Positions 24,901-36,150 of a stretch of 64,000 bases of DNA are shown one piece after another. The first letter of the stretch is position 1. Each line of letters opens with the position of its first letter. Under the pieces are notes generated by a model, which was not told the DNA's origin, searched no databases, and saw nothing but the letters and a program-made list of their open reading frames with translations. Position numbers and translations under genes: made by a program. Origin of the DNA: Eledone cirrhosa (Eukaryota); the NCBI GenBank assembly GCA_964016885.1, contig OZ024746.1, positions 44,392,001 to 44,456,000 on the forward strand, read 5' to 3'.

Positions 24901-25367
24901 GCTAATCCCACACAGTCCCAGCGTGCATCTAAGATCCCGTTCCAGTCGCCCACTAACACTAAAGAGCGGGACGTTCCAAGAAAGGTCTCCAGACGCCGGA
25001 AGAAATCAGGCCGCCCTGCTCCTGTCGGGGCATAGACGGCCACTAGCCTGAAAGCTTGCCCGTCTCCGCTGGTCACGTCCAGCACCACCAGCTTACCCTC
25101 TGGGTCCAGGAAGATGGCCCGTATGGCGAGATCCAAACCTCTCCGAAAAAGCACAGCAACTCCTCCACCCGATCCAGGACGGCTGGGAGATGCGTACACA
25201 TCGTAGCCGCCGAAGATCGGTGCGAAGGCCCGTGCTTCGGAGATTCTGGTCTCGCTGATGGCCACTACATCTATGTTTAGTGACCTGAGGTCGTTGAGCA
25301 GGTGACCCTGCTTCCATGACGACCCCAAGCCACGCGCATTTATGCTGCCTATTCTGAGTGAGGTCAT
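21948..25367 (-). CDS. Tx1/L1 ORF2: APE endonuclease, reverse transcriptase and zinc finger
   Basis: SINARGL, ISET, VYAP, GDWN, YLDR, TDH; KSPGLDGLP, FRPITLLN, DQSKAFDRV, RQGCPLS, YADD; CPRC..ETVLHALVQC. Confidence 0.95.
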   Translation of the reverse strand: MTSLRIGSINARGLGSSWKQGHLLNDLRSLNIDVVAISETRISEARAFAPIFGGYDVYASPSRPGSGGGVAVLFRRGLDLAIRAIFLDPEGKLVVLDVTSGDGQAFRLVAVYAPTGAGRPDFFRRLETFLGTSRSLVLVGDWNGILDARWDCVGLADRGGGCKSLTNLLRRFELSDRYRLDFPNVPMWTWTNRIGSSRSYLDRVFCREIDRSSIGCPQFKIVSYTDHKFVTCVLDLDRLHRRGPGYWKLNASLPARKAYRDRISELVKRALTGAIVNNKWWFALKRAIRIESIRFSKALAIEKNRAEGELVRKLDEALSKGIATDVLAAKLALDQFFNAKHEGCVVRARVRALRHEGTKAVQWARVAEARRGNKATIRSLVDHDGRMLLDPGQMCEAFQRHFAQLFGGSGGPGRGMDFSVYLDGLPRLSATEARCCEKPITAAEIREAMTGCTRGKSPGLDGLPYELYVQMPDLFGGLLADVYCNWQQNGRIPSSVSRGAVALLRKDPNKGDNIDNFRPITLLNTEFKILAKVLAKRLALVVGGLVGEAQTCAIPDRSIHDNLHLMRYIVERVAREPGTGGSLINLDQSKAFDRVDHRYLAAVLRAAGFGPVFRGWIAAMHSDICSVVRVNGHLSEPFNIMRSVRQGCPLSSLLYVLTLEPLLHKLETLRGVPRELGCGRSVSAYADDVTVVVSNAKHIEAIGTTLREYEAVTGAMINQEKSVGLQLGTWRGRSMPSNSVVGRWTDGPVKLLGVWFGPDLQTDKNWDEVTSRVASLTQKWAERKLSLKGRAEVANAYIASVICYRLTVVPCPKPRLTALERLLFRFLWKGRAPMVRRSICCQHPLRGGLGMPWLMMRRHALRLRHLHLFLDGDQVWSPFARRVFPQLVSLTELQSWVKRRPRGSAWRLECLQALTALDQSGNVIGGNSTSAFYRGLVEGKSDDVLGETLGVDENQLANLFGRTFGPGPMDNFQKSLAWQCYRGALPVRDKLYRHGGAVSRACPRCAQGDETVLHALVQCPKIADLWVYVEHLLSRLGRIQLSSESIVRIAPPSSFSREGQAVFICLVAMAKEIVWWTRLKGLKTSTYLFGDALIDFFKFHLKRKIRVEKEVLSSQHFVERWVREARMARVNGPTLSIYL

Positions 25368-25402
25368 GTTTAAAATAGAGTGGAAAAGATGGGAAAGACC
25401 AC

Positions 25403-27475
25403 TTACCGTACTTTTGGTAGAGGAGGGATGGTTTTTACATCCCTTTTCACTTGATCGTCTGGTGAAGGGACCGTTGAATCGTCCCTTCGGCTGGTCGTCG
25501 GCTCTTCTAAGAGAATGTCTGAATATACTCTTCGATTAATGGTTCCTCCTAGGTCCCTGAAATCACCAACAGCGTTGGGGAATTTCGTTTTAATGTTTGT
25601 GTATTGTTTCTGTGCTATTTTTAGCAGTCTTATGTTAGTTGGCGTTTTGATTGGTGCTGGTATTATGTAGTCCTGTTGTGAAATGTCTGTGTGTTCAATT
25701 ATGTAAGTCATTAGTTTCTTGTTGTGTGTGTTTATTGCCGTGCATTTGTTTTTCTGGGGGTGGGGTGTGGTTCTGCTATTTTCTTGTCGTTGTTGCTGGG
25801 TGTGTGTGTTTTGTTGTTGTGTTTGCGATGTTGGTGCTTGTGGTGGTGGTGTTGAAGGTGTTGTTGGCGGTGGGGTTGTCGCCGGTGGTGATGGTGGTGC
25901 TGGTGTGGGTGGTGATGGTGTTGGTGGTGTTGCTGCTGTGGGTCTCTTTGCAGTAGACTTTACCCTTTTCTCATTTCTTTCCTCCCTTTTCAAAGGCGAC
26001 GATGCGCTGCTTCTGCGTTTGTGCCTTCTTGAGACCTTTTGCCATCCCTCTCCCACCTCACACTCCATGTCTGATTCTGTAAGGTCGGGGAGGGGTACCA
26101 GCTCCACTCTTTCACTTGTTGTTGTTGGTGATGTTTGCACTGGAGTCTCTGTTGCAGCTGCATTTGGTATTGCTGTTGTTGTTGTTAATATTTCCACTGC
26201 TGCTGCTGTCTTTGATTTCCGTGGAGTGGGTATGGGTGCCACGGACCTATCGTTCCTGGTTGCCGCTTGTCCTGTTGCTGGTAGCCGTGGAACCGGATTC
26301 GGGAGGAGGGGGGTTTTCTCCTTTCTCATGGTCTTCTCGTTGCAGAAGGCCCTGAGGTGAGTCTTCGATCCACAGCGAAAGCATTTCGGGCGTTTGCCCT
26401 CAACACTTATGGGCAGTTGAGTGCCGTTATCGAAGTCTATCACATCCGGGATAGCTTCGATGCACTCCTGGTTGGTTTGGATTAGCATCTCAATGGAGGA
26501 GCCGACCCAATCTTCTCTTACTTTTTTCTGTACTTGCAGTACAGTTGTTTTGTCCTCGATTCCGACGAGGACAGACGCGGCCAGCCAAGAAGGGGTCATT
26601 CCGGGGGGGACGTGGGTCAGTTTGACCCTCACAATTTTTTGCCCGCAGTAGGAGGGCACCAACACCATTTCCTCGCTCCTTAGGGTCACTACTGATTGGG
26701 CCTTTGCCTCCTGGGGTGTGGCAAAAAGTACGTCTACGGTGGCGTATTTTTTGCCTCGGGTGATGTGCGTTTTCCTCTGCCACACAGACCCCAAGGCTTT
26801 TTGTATTTGGGCCTCTGTGGCTCTTTCCACCCTACGGGATTTTGTACTTACTGTACGGTACGTGACCGTACAGTGCTCTTGGGTTTCGAAAAAATTTTTC
26901 GCTGCCTTGCAGATTGCTCGGTGTCCGTTCTTTGTCACCATCTTCTTCGCTTCCTCTAATTCCTCATTTGTTATGAGGATTGTTTCCAGGTTTTTCGCAA
27001 TACCTGCAAATGAGATTGGTTTTTCTCTGCTGTTGTTGTTGTCGTCAGAGCTGCTGGTACTTTTGTTGTTGCTGCAGGTACTACGACTACTGCCTCCGCC
27101 GCTGTTGCTGCTAATGCTGTTGTTGTTTATGCTGCTGGTGATGCTGTTGCGGCTGCTACTGTTGTTTTCATTGTCACTGTTGCTGTTGTTATTACGGCTG
27201 CTACTGCTATTATTCCTGACGTCAGACGAATGAACTGGGTTTTCGTATTTCCCGCACACCTGTTTCGTCGCTGTCGTCGTCGTCGTGGAGAAACCTTGCA
27301 CGCTTTGCACGAGACTTTTATTTTCTTTCGTCGCTTGCGAAAGAGAAGGGAGGGAGAGAGACACATTTAAAGAAGGGAGGGAGAGAGACAATCTTCTCTC
27401 TGCTGTAGTGATGATTGAGGAAGAAGAAGACGGAATGAGTGGGAGTGACGTATGAAATTTCTTTTTGGTAGCCAT
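25403..27475 (-). CDS. Tx1 ORF1 nucleic-acid-binding protein with a CCHC knuckle
   Basis: CFRCGSKTHLRAFC, plus N/S-rich and P/T-rich tracts. The start MATK is chosen because copy 2 starts MATT at the same place. Confidence 0.88.
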   Translation of the reverse strand: MATKKKFHTSLPLIPSSSSSIITTAERRLSLSLPSLNVSLSLPSLSQATKENKSLVQSVQGFSTTTTTATKQVCGKYENPVHSSDVRNNSSSSRNNNSNSDNENNSSSRNSITSSINNNSISSNSGGGSSRSTCSNNKSTSSSDDNNNSREKPISFAGIAKNLETILITNEELEEAKKMVTKNGHRAICKAAKNFFETQEHCTVTYRTVSTKSRRVERATEAQIQKALGSVWQRKTHITRGKKYATVDVLFATPQEAKAQSVVTLRSEEMVLVPSYCGQKIVRVKLTHVPPGMTPSWLAASVLVGIEDKTTVLQVQKKVREDWVGSSIEMLIQTNQECIEAIPDVIDFDNGTQLPISVEGKRPKCFRCGSKTHLRAFCNEKTMRKEKTPLLPNPVPRLPATGQAATRNDRSVAPIPTPRKSKTAAAVEILTTTTAIPNAAATETPVQTSPTTTSERVELVPLPDLTESDMECEVGEGWQKVSRRHKRRSSASSPLKREERNEKRVKSTAKRPTAATPPTPSPPTPAPPSPPATTPPPTTPSTPPPQAPTSQTQQQNTHTQQQRQENSRTTPHPQKNKCTAINTHNKKLMTYIIEHTDISQQDYIIPAPIKTPTNIRLLKIAQKQYTNIKTKFPNAVGDFRDLGGTINRRVYSDILLEEPTTSRRDDSTVPSPDDQVKRDVKTIPPLPKVR

Positions 27476-27715
27476 GTTTTTTTGTTTAAAATGAAATTTT
27501 GGGTACAAAACCCCAATAACTGGTTATTTAACCCCGAAGGGCCAAATAACGGACAGAAAGACCCCTCTCACGAGGAGGAGGGTGTCTTTATCAACAATTT
27601 GGTTCAAGTTTTAAACAATTTACAATTGTTTTAACGGTTAAAAATTACTATACCTTACAGAGCCGAGCCTCCGTCAACCATGGCATTCAATAATAATAAT
27701 AATAATAATAATAAT

Positions 27716-30700
27716 GATTTCTTTATTAACCACAAGGGTTTACATAAAGTAGACATTAAGGACAGTGCAGGACAATACAGGACGGTCCAAATGGGCATTT
27801 CTGCGTGTAAAAAACAAAAACAGAGGATGTAACAAAAAATAACAATGAAAAATTCCCCAATAGGGGGGAGACTTCGGAGGGATATTTGTGGAGAAAGCCC
27901 AGTAAAAGGCCACAATGACCCTGACCACCAAGGCAAGTGCCCTCTCCCAGTTTTCCACCTTTAATTTACAGATATATACTCAGAGTAGGCCCATTCACTC
28001 GGGCCATTCTTGCTTCTCTCACCCATCTTTCAACAAAATGCTGGGAAGAGAGCACTTCCCTCTCTACTCTGATTTTCCTTTTCAAATAAAATTTGAAAAA
28101 GTCAATCAGAGCATCACCGAAGAGGTAAGTGCTCGTCTTCAGCCCTTTCAAACGTGTCCACCATACTATCTCTTTCGCCATGGCCACCAGACAGATAAAA
28201 ACTGCCTGCCTTTCCCGGCTAAAGGAGGAGGGCGGGGCAATCCTCACGATGGACTCAGATGATAGCCGGATCTGTCCTAAACGCGACAGCAGGTGTTCGA
28301 CATAAACCCACAGGTCAGCAATTTTCGGACACTGGACGAGTGCGTGCAGGACGGTTTCGTCGCCCTGCGCGCATCTCGGTGTGCCCGGCTGACGGCACCT
28401 CCATGCCTGTAGAGTTTATCCCGAACTGGCAAAGCTCCTCGGTAGCACTGCCAGGCCAGAGATTTCCTGGAAGTTGTCCATAGGCCCTGGCCCGAAAGTT
28501 CTTCCGAAGAGATTGGCTAGTTGATTTTCGTCGACGCCTAGAGTTTCCCCAAGTACGTCGTCGCTCTTCCCCTCCACTAATCCTCTATAGAAGGCCGAGG
28601 TGGAGTTTCCACCGATCACATTGCCCGATTGGTCGAGGGCTGTGAGCGCCTGAAGACATTCCAGTCTCCAGGCACTCCCTCTCAGTCTTCGCTTGACCCA
28701 GGACTGCAGCTCCGTCAAGGAAACGAGCTGGGGAAATACGTGTCTAGCAAACGGCGACCACACCTGATCACCGTCGAGGAAGAGGTGGATATGTCGTAGC
28801 CTGAGCGCGTGCCTGCGCATCATCAGCCACGGCAAGCCCAGCCCTCCACGTAGCGGGTGTTGACAACAGATGGACCGCCTGATAATCGGAGCGCGTCCCT
28901 TCCACAAAAAGCGAAAGAGCAAACTCTCCAGCGCAGTCAGGCGAGGCTTAGGACAAGGTACGACGGTCAGGCGGTAGCAGATGACGGACGCGATGTACGC
29001 GTTAGCCACCTCCGCTCGACCTTTCAGGGATAGCTTCCTCTCGGCCCATTTCTGGGTGAGAGAAGCCACCCTGCTCGTCACCCCGTCCCAGTTTTTGTCC
29101 GTCTGGAGGTCCGGACCGAACCAGACCCCTAGCAATTTAACCGGTCCGTCCGTCCAGCGTCCGACGACGCTGTTGGACGGCATGGACCTGCCTCTCCAGG
29201 TGCCGAGCTGCAGGCCCACTGACTTTTCCTGGTTGATCATTTCTCCTGTCAGCGCTTCGTATTCTCTTAGTGTAGTGCCGATCGCCTCGATATGTTTGGC
29301 GTTCGACACCACTACGGTGACATCGTCCGCATATGCTGACACGGATCTTCCGCATCCTAGTTCGCGCGGGACGCCCCTCAACGTCTCCAGTTTGTGCAGT
29401 AATGGCTCGAGAGTCAATACGTACAACAGGGACGAGAAGTTACATCCTTGGCGGACCGAGCGCATGATGTTGAACGGGTCCGACAGGTGACCGTTCACTC
29501 TCACCACAGAGCAGATGTCGCTGTGCATGGCAGCGATCCGGCCTCTGAAGACGGGCCCAAAGCCAGCCGCCCTCAAGACTGCCGCTAGGTAACGATGGTC
29601 GACCCTATCGAAAGATTTCGACTTATCTAAATTGATCAAGGACCCACCCGTGCCAGGTTCCCTAGCTACCCTCTCTACGATGTATCGCATGAGGTGGATG
29701 TTGTCGTGGATGGATCTGTCGGGAATGGCGCATGTCTGCGCCTCTCCCACCAGACCACCAACGACAAGCGCCAACCTCTTTGCTAGCACCTTGGCCAAAA
29801 TCTTGAACTCTGTGTTTAGCAGAGTTATGGGCCGGAAATTATCTATGTTATCCCCCTTGTTCGGATCCTTTCTCAGCAGTGCCACCGCTTCTTGGCTCAC
29901 AGAACTGGGAATTCTCCCGTTCTGTTGCCAGTTGCAGTAGACGTCCGCCAAGAGGCCTCCGAACAAGTCTGGCATCTGTAGGTAAAGTTCATAGGGCAGA
30001 CCATCCAAACCAGGCGATTTACTCCTTGTGCAGCCAGTCATTGCCTCCCTTACTTCAGCGGCTGTTATCGGCTTTTCGCAACACTTCGCCTCAGTGGCCG
30101 AGAGCCGCGGCAGTCCGTCGAGGTAGACACTAAAGTCCATCCCCCGACCCGGCCCACCGCTGCCCCCGAACAGCTGAGCGAAGTGTCGCTGAAAAGCTTC
30201 ACACATTTGCCCGGGATCGAGTAGCATGCGCCCGTCGTGGTCCACCAAAGACCGGATCGGGGCTTTGTTGCCACGACGCGCCTCCGCCACTCGGGCCCAT
30301 TGAACGGCTTTCGTCCCCTCGTGTCTGAGAGCACGCACCCTTGCTCTGACAACGCAGCCTTTGTGCTTTGCATTGAAGAATTGGTCAAGGGCCAATTTCG
30401 CCGCAAGCACGTCGGTCGCAATGCCTTTGCTAAGCGCCTCGTCTAATTTTCTAACTAATTCTCCCTCTGTTCTATTTTTCTCTATTGCTAAAGCCTTACT
30501 AAACCTAATGGATTCTATTCTAATCGCTCTTTTCAGAGCAAACCACCACTTGTTGTTGACGATGGCCCCCGTCAACGCCGGCTTAACTAGTTCGCTAATC
30601 CGGTCTCTGTAGGCCTTGCGCGCTGGTAAGGACGCGTTTAGCTTCTAGTAGCCGGGTCCTCGTCTATGAAGCCTATCTAAGTCAAGCACACAGATCACGA

Positions 30701-33700
30701 ATTTGTGGTCCGTGTAGCTGACTATCTTGAATTGTGGACAGCCTATGCTAGACCTATCTATTTCCCTACAAAATACTCTATCTAGGTAAGATCTGGATGA
30801 CCCTATGCGATTTGTCCATGTCCACATTGGCACATTCGGGAAATCCAATCGGGACCTGTCAGACAGTTCAAAACGCCTGAGCAGGTTGGTGAGGTTCTTG
30901 CACCCTCCACCCCTATCCGCTAATCCCACACAGTCCTAGCGTGCATCTAAGATCCCGTTCCAGTCGCCCACTAACACTAAAGAGCGGGACGTTCCAAGAA
31001 AGGTCTCCAGACGCCGGAAGAAATCATGCCGCCCTGCTCCTGTCGGGGCATAGACGGCCACTAGCCTGAAAGCTTGCCCGTCTCCGCTGGTCACGTCCAG
31101 CACCACCAGCTTACCCTCTGGGTCCAGGAAGATGGCCCGTATGGCGAGATCCAAACCTCTCCGAAAAAGCACAGCAACTCATCCCCCCGATCCAGGACGG
31201 CTGGGAGATGCGTACACATCGTAGCCGCCAAAGATCGGTGCGAAGGCCCGTGCTTCGGAGATTCTGGTCTCGCTGATGGCCACTACATCTATGTTTAGTG
31301 ACCTGAGGTCATTGAGCAGGTGACCCTGCTTCCATGACGACCCCAAGCCACGCGCATTTATGCTGCCTATTCTGAGTGAGGTCATGTTTAAAATAGAGTG
31401 GAAAAGATGGGAAAGACCACTTACCGTACTTTTCGTAGAGGAGGGATGGTTTTTACATCCCTTTTCACTTGATCGTCTGGTGAAGGGACCGTTGAATCGT
31501 CCCTTCGGCTGGTCGTTGGCTCTTCTAAGAGAATGTCTGAATATACTCTTCGATTGATAGTTCCTCCTAGGTCCCTGAAATCACCAACTGCGTTGGGGAA
31601 TTTCGTTTTAATGTTTGTGTATTGTTTCTGTGCTATTTTTAGCAGTCTTATGTAAGTTGGCGTTTTCATTGGTGCTGGTATTATGTAGTCGTGTTGTGAA
31701 ATGTCTGTGTGTTCAATTATGTAAGTCATTAGTTTCTTGTTGTGTGTATTTATTGCCGTGCATTTGTTTTTCTGGGGGTGGGGTGTGGTTCTGCTATTTT
31801 CTTGTCGTTGTTGCTGGGTGTGTGTGTTTTGTTGTTGTGTTTGCGATGTTGGTGCTTGTGGTGGTGGTGTTGAAGGTGTTGTTGGCGGTGGGGTTGTCGC
31901 CGGTGGTGATGGTGGTGCTAGTGTGGGTGGTGATGGTGTTGGTGGTGTTGCTGCTGTGGTTCTCTTTGCAGTAGACTTTACCCTTTTCTCATTTATTTCC
32001 TCCCTTTTCAAAGGCGACGATGCGCTGCTTCTGCGTTTGTGCCTTCATACGACCTTTTGCCATCCCTTTCCCACCTCACACTCCATGTCTGATTCTGTGA
32101 GGTCGGGGAGGGGTACCAGCTCCACTCTTTCACTTGTTGTTGGTGATGTTTGCACTGGAGTCTCTGTTGCAGCTGCATTTGGTATTGCTGTTGTTGTTGT
32201 TAATATTTCCACTGCTGCTGCTGTTTTTGATTTCCGTGGCGTGGGTATGGGTGCCACGGACTTATCGTTCCTGGTTGCCGCTTGTCCTGTTGCTGGTAGC
32301 CGTGGAGCCGGTTTCGGAAGGAGGAGGGTTTTCTCCTTTCTCAGGATTTTCTCGTTGCAGAAGGCCCTGAGGTGAGTCTTCGATCCACAGCGAAAGCATT
32401 TCGGGCGTTTTCCTTCAACACTTATGGGCAGTTGAGTGCCGTTATCGAAGTCTATCACATCCGGGATAGCTTCGATGCACTCCTGGTTGGTTTGGATTAG
32501 CATCTCAATGGAGGTGCCGACCCAATCTTCTCTTACTTTTTTCTGTACTTGCAGTACAGTTGTTTTCTCCTCGATTCCGACGAGGACAGACGCGGCCAGC
32601 CAACAAGGGGCCATTCCGGGGAGGACGTAGGTCAGTTTGACCCTCACAATTTTTTGCCCGCAGTAGGAGGGCACCAACACCATTTCCTCGCTCCTTAGGG
32701 TCACTACGGATTGGGCCCTTGCCTCCTGGGGTGTGGAAAAAAGTACGTCTACGGTGGCATATTTTTTGCCTCGGGTGATGTGCGTTTTCCGCTGCCACAC
32801 AGACCCCAAGCCTTTTTGTATTTGCGCCCCTGTGGCTCTTTCCACCTTACGGGATTTTGTACTTACTGTACGGTACGTGACCGTACAGTGCTGTTGGGTT
32901 TCGAAAAAATTTTCCGCTGCCTTGCAGATTGCTCGGTGTCCATTCTTTGTCACGATCTTCTTCGCTTCCTCTAATTCCTCATTTGTTATGATGATTGTTT
33001 CCAAGTTTTTCGCAATACCTGCAAATGAGATTAGTTTTTCTTTGCTGCTGTTGTTGTTGTTGTCGTCAGAGCTGCTGTTACTTTTGTTGTTGCTGCAGGT
33101 ACTACGACTACTGCCTCCGCCGCTGTTGCTGTGGTTGTTGTTGGCGTTGCTGCTGCTAATGCTGTTGTTGTTTATGCTGCTGGTGATGCTGTTGCGGCTG
33201 CTACTGTTGTTTTCATTGTCACTGTTGCTGTTGTTATTACGGCTGCTACTGCTATTATTTCTGACGTCAGACGAATGAACTGGGTTTTCGTATTTCCCGC
33301 ACACCTGTTTCGTCACTGTCGTCGTCGTCGTGGAGAAACCTTGCACGCTTTGCACGAGACTTTTCTTTTCTTTCGTCGCTTGCGAAAGAGAAGGGAGGGA
33401 GAGAGACACATTTAAAGAAGGGAGGGAGAGAGACAATCTTCTCTCTGCTGTAGTGATGATTGAGGAAGAAGAAGACGGAATGAGTGGGAGTGACCTATGA
33501 CATTTCTTTGTCGTAGCCATGTTGTTTTTTTTTTGTTTAAAATAAATATTGGGTACAAAACCCTAATAAGCAGTTATTTAACCCCGAAGGGCCAAATAAC
33601 GGTCAGAAAGACCCCTCTCACGAGGAGGAGGGTGTTTTTGTCTACAAGTTCGTTAAAATTTTAAACAATTTACAATTGTTATAGTGTTCAAAATTTACAA

Positions 33701-33738
33701 TACCTTACAGGGCCGAGCCTCCGTCAACCATAGCATTC
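27716..33738 (-). mobile_element. Full-length Tx1-like LINE, copy 2, disabled
   Basis: Colinear with copy 1 and has the same termini. Stops at 32045 (ORF1), 31179, 30936 and 30645, and a +1 frameshift near 28466. Followed by (AAT)7 at 33739-33759. Confidence 0.93.
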
Positions 33739-33759
33739 AATAATAATAATAATAATAAT

Positions 33760-35837
33760 ACTGGAAGATTGTCATAATGGACACAAAAATCTATCGATTG
33801 CTTGGATAGATTATGAAAAAGCATTCGATAGTTTGCCACACAGTTGGATTGAAAAATGTTTAGAGATTTTCAAAATATCCCCCGTTGTCAGGAGGTTTTT
33901 GTCATTCAGTATGAAGACATGGAACACGACACTCCTTTTGAATAGTGAAACAAAATCACTGGAAGCTGGAGAAGTTAATATTAATTGTGGAATTTTTCAG
34001 GGTAACTCTTTATCACCGCTTTTATTCTGCATCGCGCTTATACCATTAAGTAAAATACTCAATGAAACAAAACATGGATATAAAGTCTATGACAAAACCA
34101 TTAATCACTTGTTCTACATGGATGACCTGAAACTATTTGCAAAAAATGATGAACAATTGCAAGGGCTATTATCCACTGTGGAGCAGTTCAGTGATTACAT
34201 TAAAATGGAGTTTGGACTAGACAAATGCGCCAAAGCAACGTTCACCAGAGGAAAGCTGCTGAAGAGTTCAGACATTAATCTTGATTGGAGGAACGTGTTA
34301 AGAGAACTTGATCAAGAAAAATCTTACAGATATCTAGGTGTTTGTGAAGGAGACGGAATGAAGCACTCGACAATGAGGGAAAGGATAAGGAAGGAATGTT
34401 ACCGCAGAGTAAGAGCAATCTTAAGAACGGAATTTAATGCAAGGAATAGGATCGATGCCATAAACACGCTTGCCATACCAGTAGTAACCTACAGTTACAA
34501 TGTCATCAACTGGTCAAGCACAGAGATCCGTAGGCTCGATACAAAAATTCGAAAACTCTTAACCATGCACAGAATGCATCACCCTAAGGCAGATATAGAT
34601 AGAATATATCTCCCTGGGAAAGAAGGAGGACGTGGGTTAATCCAGTTAGACATTGCGTTGAAAACTGCAACAATTGGATTATCTACATATCTAAGGGAAT
34701 CACATGATTGGATGATCAAACTCGTTTTGAAACACGAAAGCATCAAAAGATCATATTCCATTACAAAAGATGCACAAAGATACAGTAATGGACTACAAAT
34801 TTCAGAAGTCCCATTTACTGCTGAAATGGAAAACACAGTAAAAGCAAAGCAAGTAAAAGTAACTGCAAAGAAAGAACTGCTACAGAAACTGGCTAAGAAA
34901 TGGCAAGAAAAACCTCTGTATGGAAAATACCCAGAGCGAGCTAACAATCCTGATGTTGACAAAACTTTAACCCATCAGTGGTTGGCATCCTCTGGACTGA
35001 AATTGGAGACTGAAGGACTGATTATGTCAGCACAAGATCAGTGTCTGCCAACAAAAAATTACCAAGCCAACATAATAAAAAATGGATGCAGCCCATTATG
35101 CCGTGTATGCATAAAACAACCAGAGACCATTGACCATATAATTTCAATGTGCAGTCCTATAGCTCCAACCGAATACCTAACCAGGCATGACAGAGCTGCA
35201 CAATACATACATTGGATAATGTGTAAGCATTTTGACCTGCCCCATCAAAAGAATTGGTGGGAGCATCAACCACCTCCCATACTTGAAAAAGATCAAATCT
35301 CAATCTTGTGGAACTTTAGCATCCAAACAGACCGAAAAATAGATGCAAATAGACCTGATATAATATTGAAGGACTTCAAAAAGAGGGTATGCCTGCTAAT
35401 TGATATGTCTGTTCCAATAGACAAGAATGTATCTATAAAATCATTTGAAAAATTGAGCAAGTATAAGAACCTGCAGATAGAAATTGGAAAAATGTGGAAA
35501 TTGAGGACTAAAACAATACCAGTGGTTGTAGGCGCTCTGGGAATGATACCTAAGGGGTCTAATGATTACTTATCGCAAATCCCAGGAAACCCGCGTATAG
35601 GAGAAATACAAAAGATAGTACTAATGGGAACTGCCCATATACTAAGGAAGATTCTGTCAATATAAGTACATCACAAGTCTAAACACTAAAGATGCATGTG
35701 TGAGTATGTATGCTCTTTCTTGAACATGGCGGACCTTGTTGTCTCTTGAGGTCACTGGTTGTGACTTGGTGATAACTCGTATGAACATAAAGCAAGATAA
35801 ATGCAACTGTAATAATAATAATAATAATAATAATAAT
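33760..35837 (+). mobile_element. 5'-truncated R4/Dong-clade non-LTR retrotransposon with a (TAA)n tail
   Basis: RT, CCHC and RLE ORF, a short 3' UTR, then (AAT)n from 35811. Confidence 0.9.
33761..35665 (+). CDS. Partial R4/Dong ORF: RT, CCHC zinc finger and restriction-like endonuclease
   Basis: WIDYEKAFDSLPH, GIFQGNSLSPLLF, HLFYMDDLKL, YRYLG, KEGGRGL, CRVC..ETIDHIISMC, RHD, RPDIIL..LIDMSVP..EKLSKY. No stops across 1.9 kb. Confidence 0.88.
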   Translation: MEDCHNGHKNLSIAWIDYEKAFDSLPHSWIEKCLEIFKISPVVRRFLSFSMKTWNTTLLLNSETKSLEAGEVNINCGIFQGNSLSPLLFCIALIPLSKILNETKHGYKVYDKTINHLFYMDDLKLFAKNDEQLQGLLSTVEQFSDYIKMEFGLDKCAKATFTRGKLLKSSDINLDWRNVLRELDQEKSYRYLGVCEGDGMKHSTMRERIRKECYRRVRAILRTEFNARNRIDAINTLAIPVVTYSYNVINWSSTEIRRLDTKIRKLLTMHRMHHPKADIDRIYLPGKEGGRGLIQLDIALKTATIGLSTYLRESHDWMIKLVLKHESIKRSYSITKDAQRYSNGLQISEVPFTAEMENTVKAKQVKVTAKKELLQKLAKKWQEKPLYGKYPERANNPDVDKTLTHQWLASSGLKLETEGLIMSAQDQCLPTKNYQANIIKNGCSPLCRVCIKQPETIDHIISMCSPIAPTEYLTRHDRAAQYIHWIMCKHFDLPHQKNWWEHQPPPILEKDQISILWNFSIQTDRKIDANRPDIILKDFKKRVCLLIDMSVPIDKNVSIKSFEKLSKYKNLQIEIGKMWKLRTKTIPVVVGALGMIPKGSNDYLSQIPGNPRIGEIQKIVLMGTAHILRKILSI

Positions 35838-35854
35838 TATTATTATTATTTTTA

Positions 35855-36121
35855 TTTCTTCTTTTAGCACAAGGCCAGCAATTATTCCACTTCATTACTG
35901 GTACTTTATTTTATCGACCCCATGAGGAGGAAAGGCAATTTTGGCGGGAGGAGAAAGTCGATTATATCGATTCCAGTGGTATACTGGTGCTTTATTTTAT
36001 CGACCTATAAGGAGGAAGGGCAAAGCTAACCAAAGCGGGATTCGAACCCAGAATGTAAAGCGACGTAACTATATGTTGCAAAGCATATTGTCCAACGCTC
36101 TACCGACACTACCAATCCACC
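35855..36121 (-). mobile_element. SINE with an internal duplication of the 3' core
   Basis: The gcacaaggccagcaatt tail, actggtactttattttatcgacc present twice, and a tRNA-like head. Confidence 0.8.
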
Positions 36122-36150
36122 AATATAATAATAATGATAATGATGATGAT

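Larger units (their letters stand above)
21686..27688 (-). mobile_element. Full-length Tx1-like (L1 clade) LINE, copy 1, intact ORFs
   Basis: ORF1 and ORF2 present, AATAAA just before the 3' end, flanked by (AAT)16 at 21638-21685 and (AAT)9 at 27689-27715. Confidence 0.93.

Noticed and set aside
30645-30938. Two TGG-to-TAG stops suggesting deaminase hypermutation or read-through
   Set aside because: Too few events, and other lesion types in the same copy indicate ordinary decay.
22275-33415. Plus-strand and alternative-frame ORFs over the Tx1 copies
   Set aside because: These are antisense or shadow frames of GC-rich ORF1 and ORF2, with no independent motifs.
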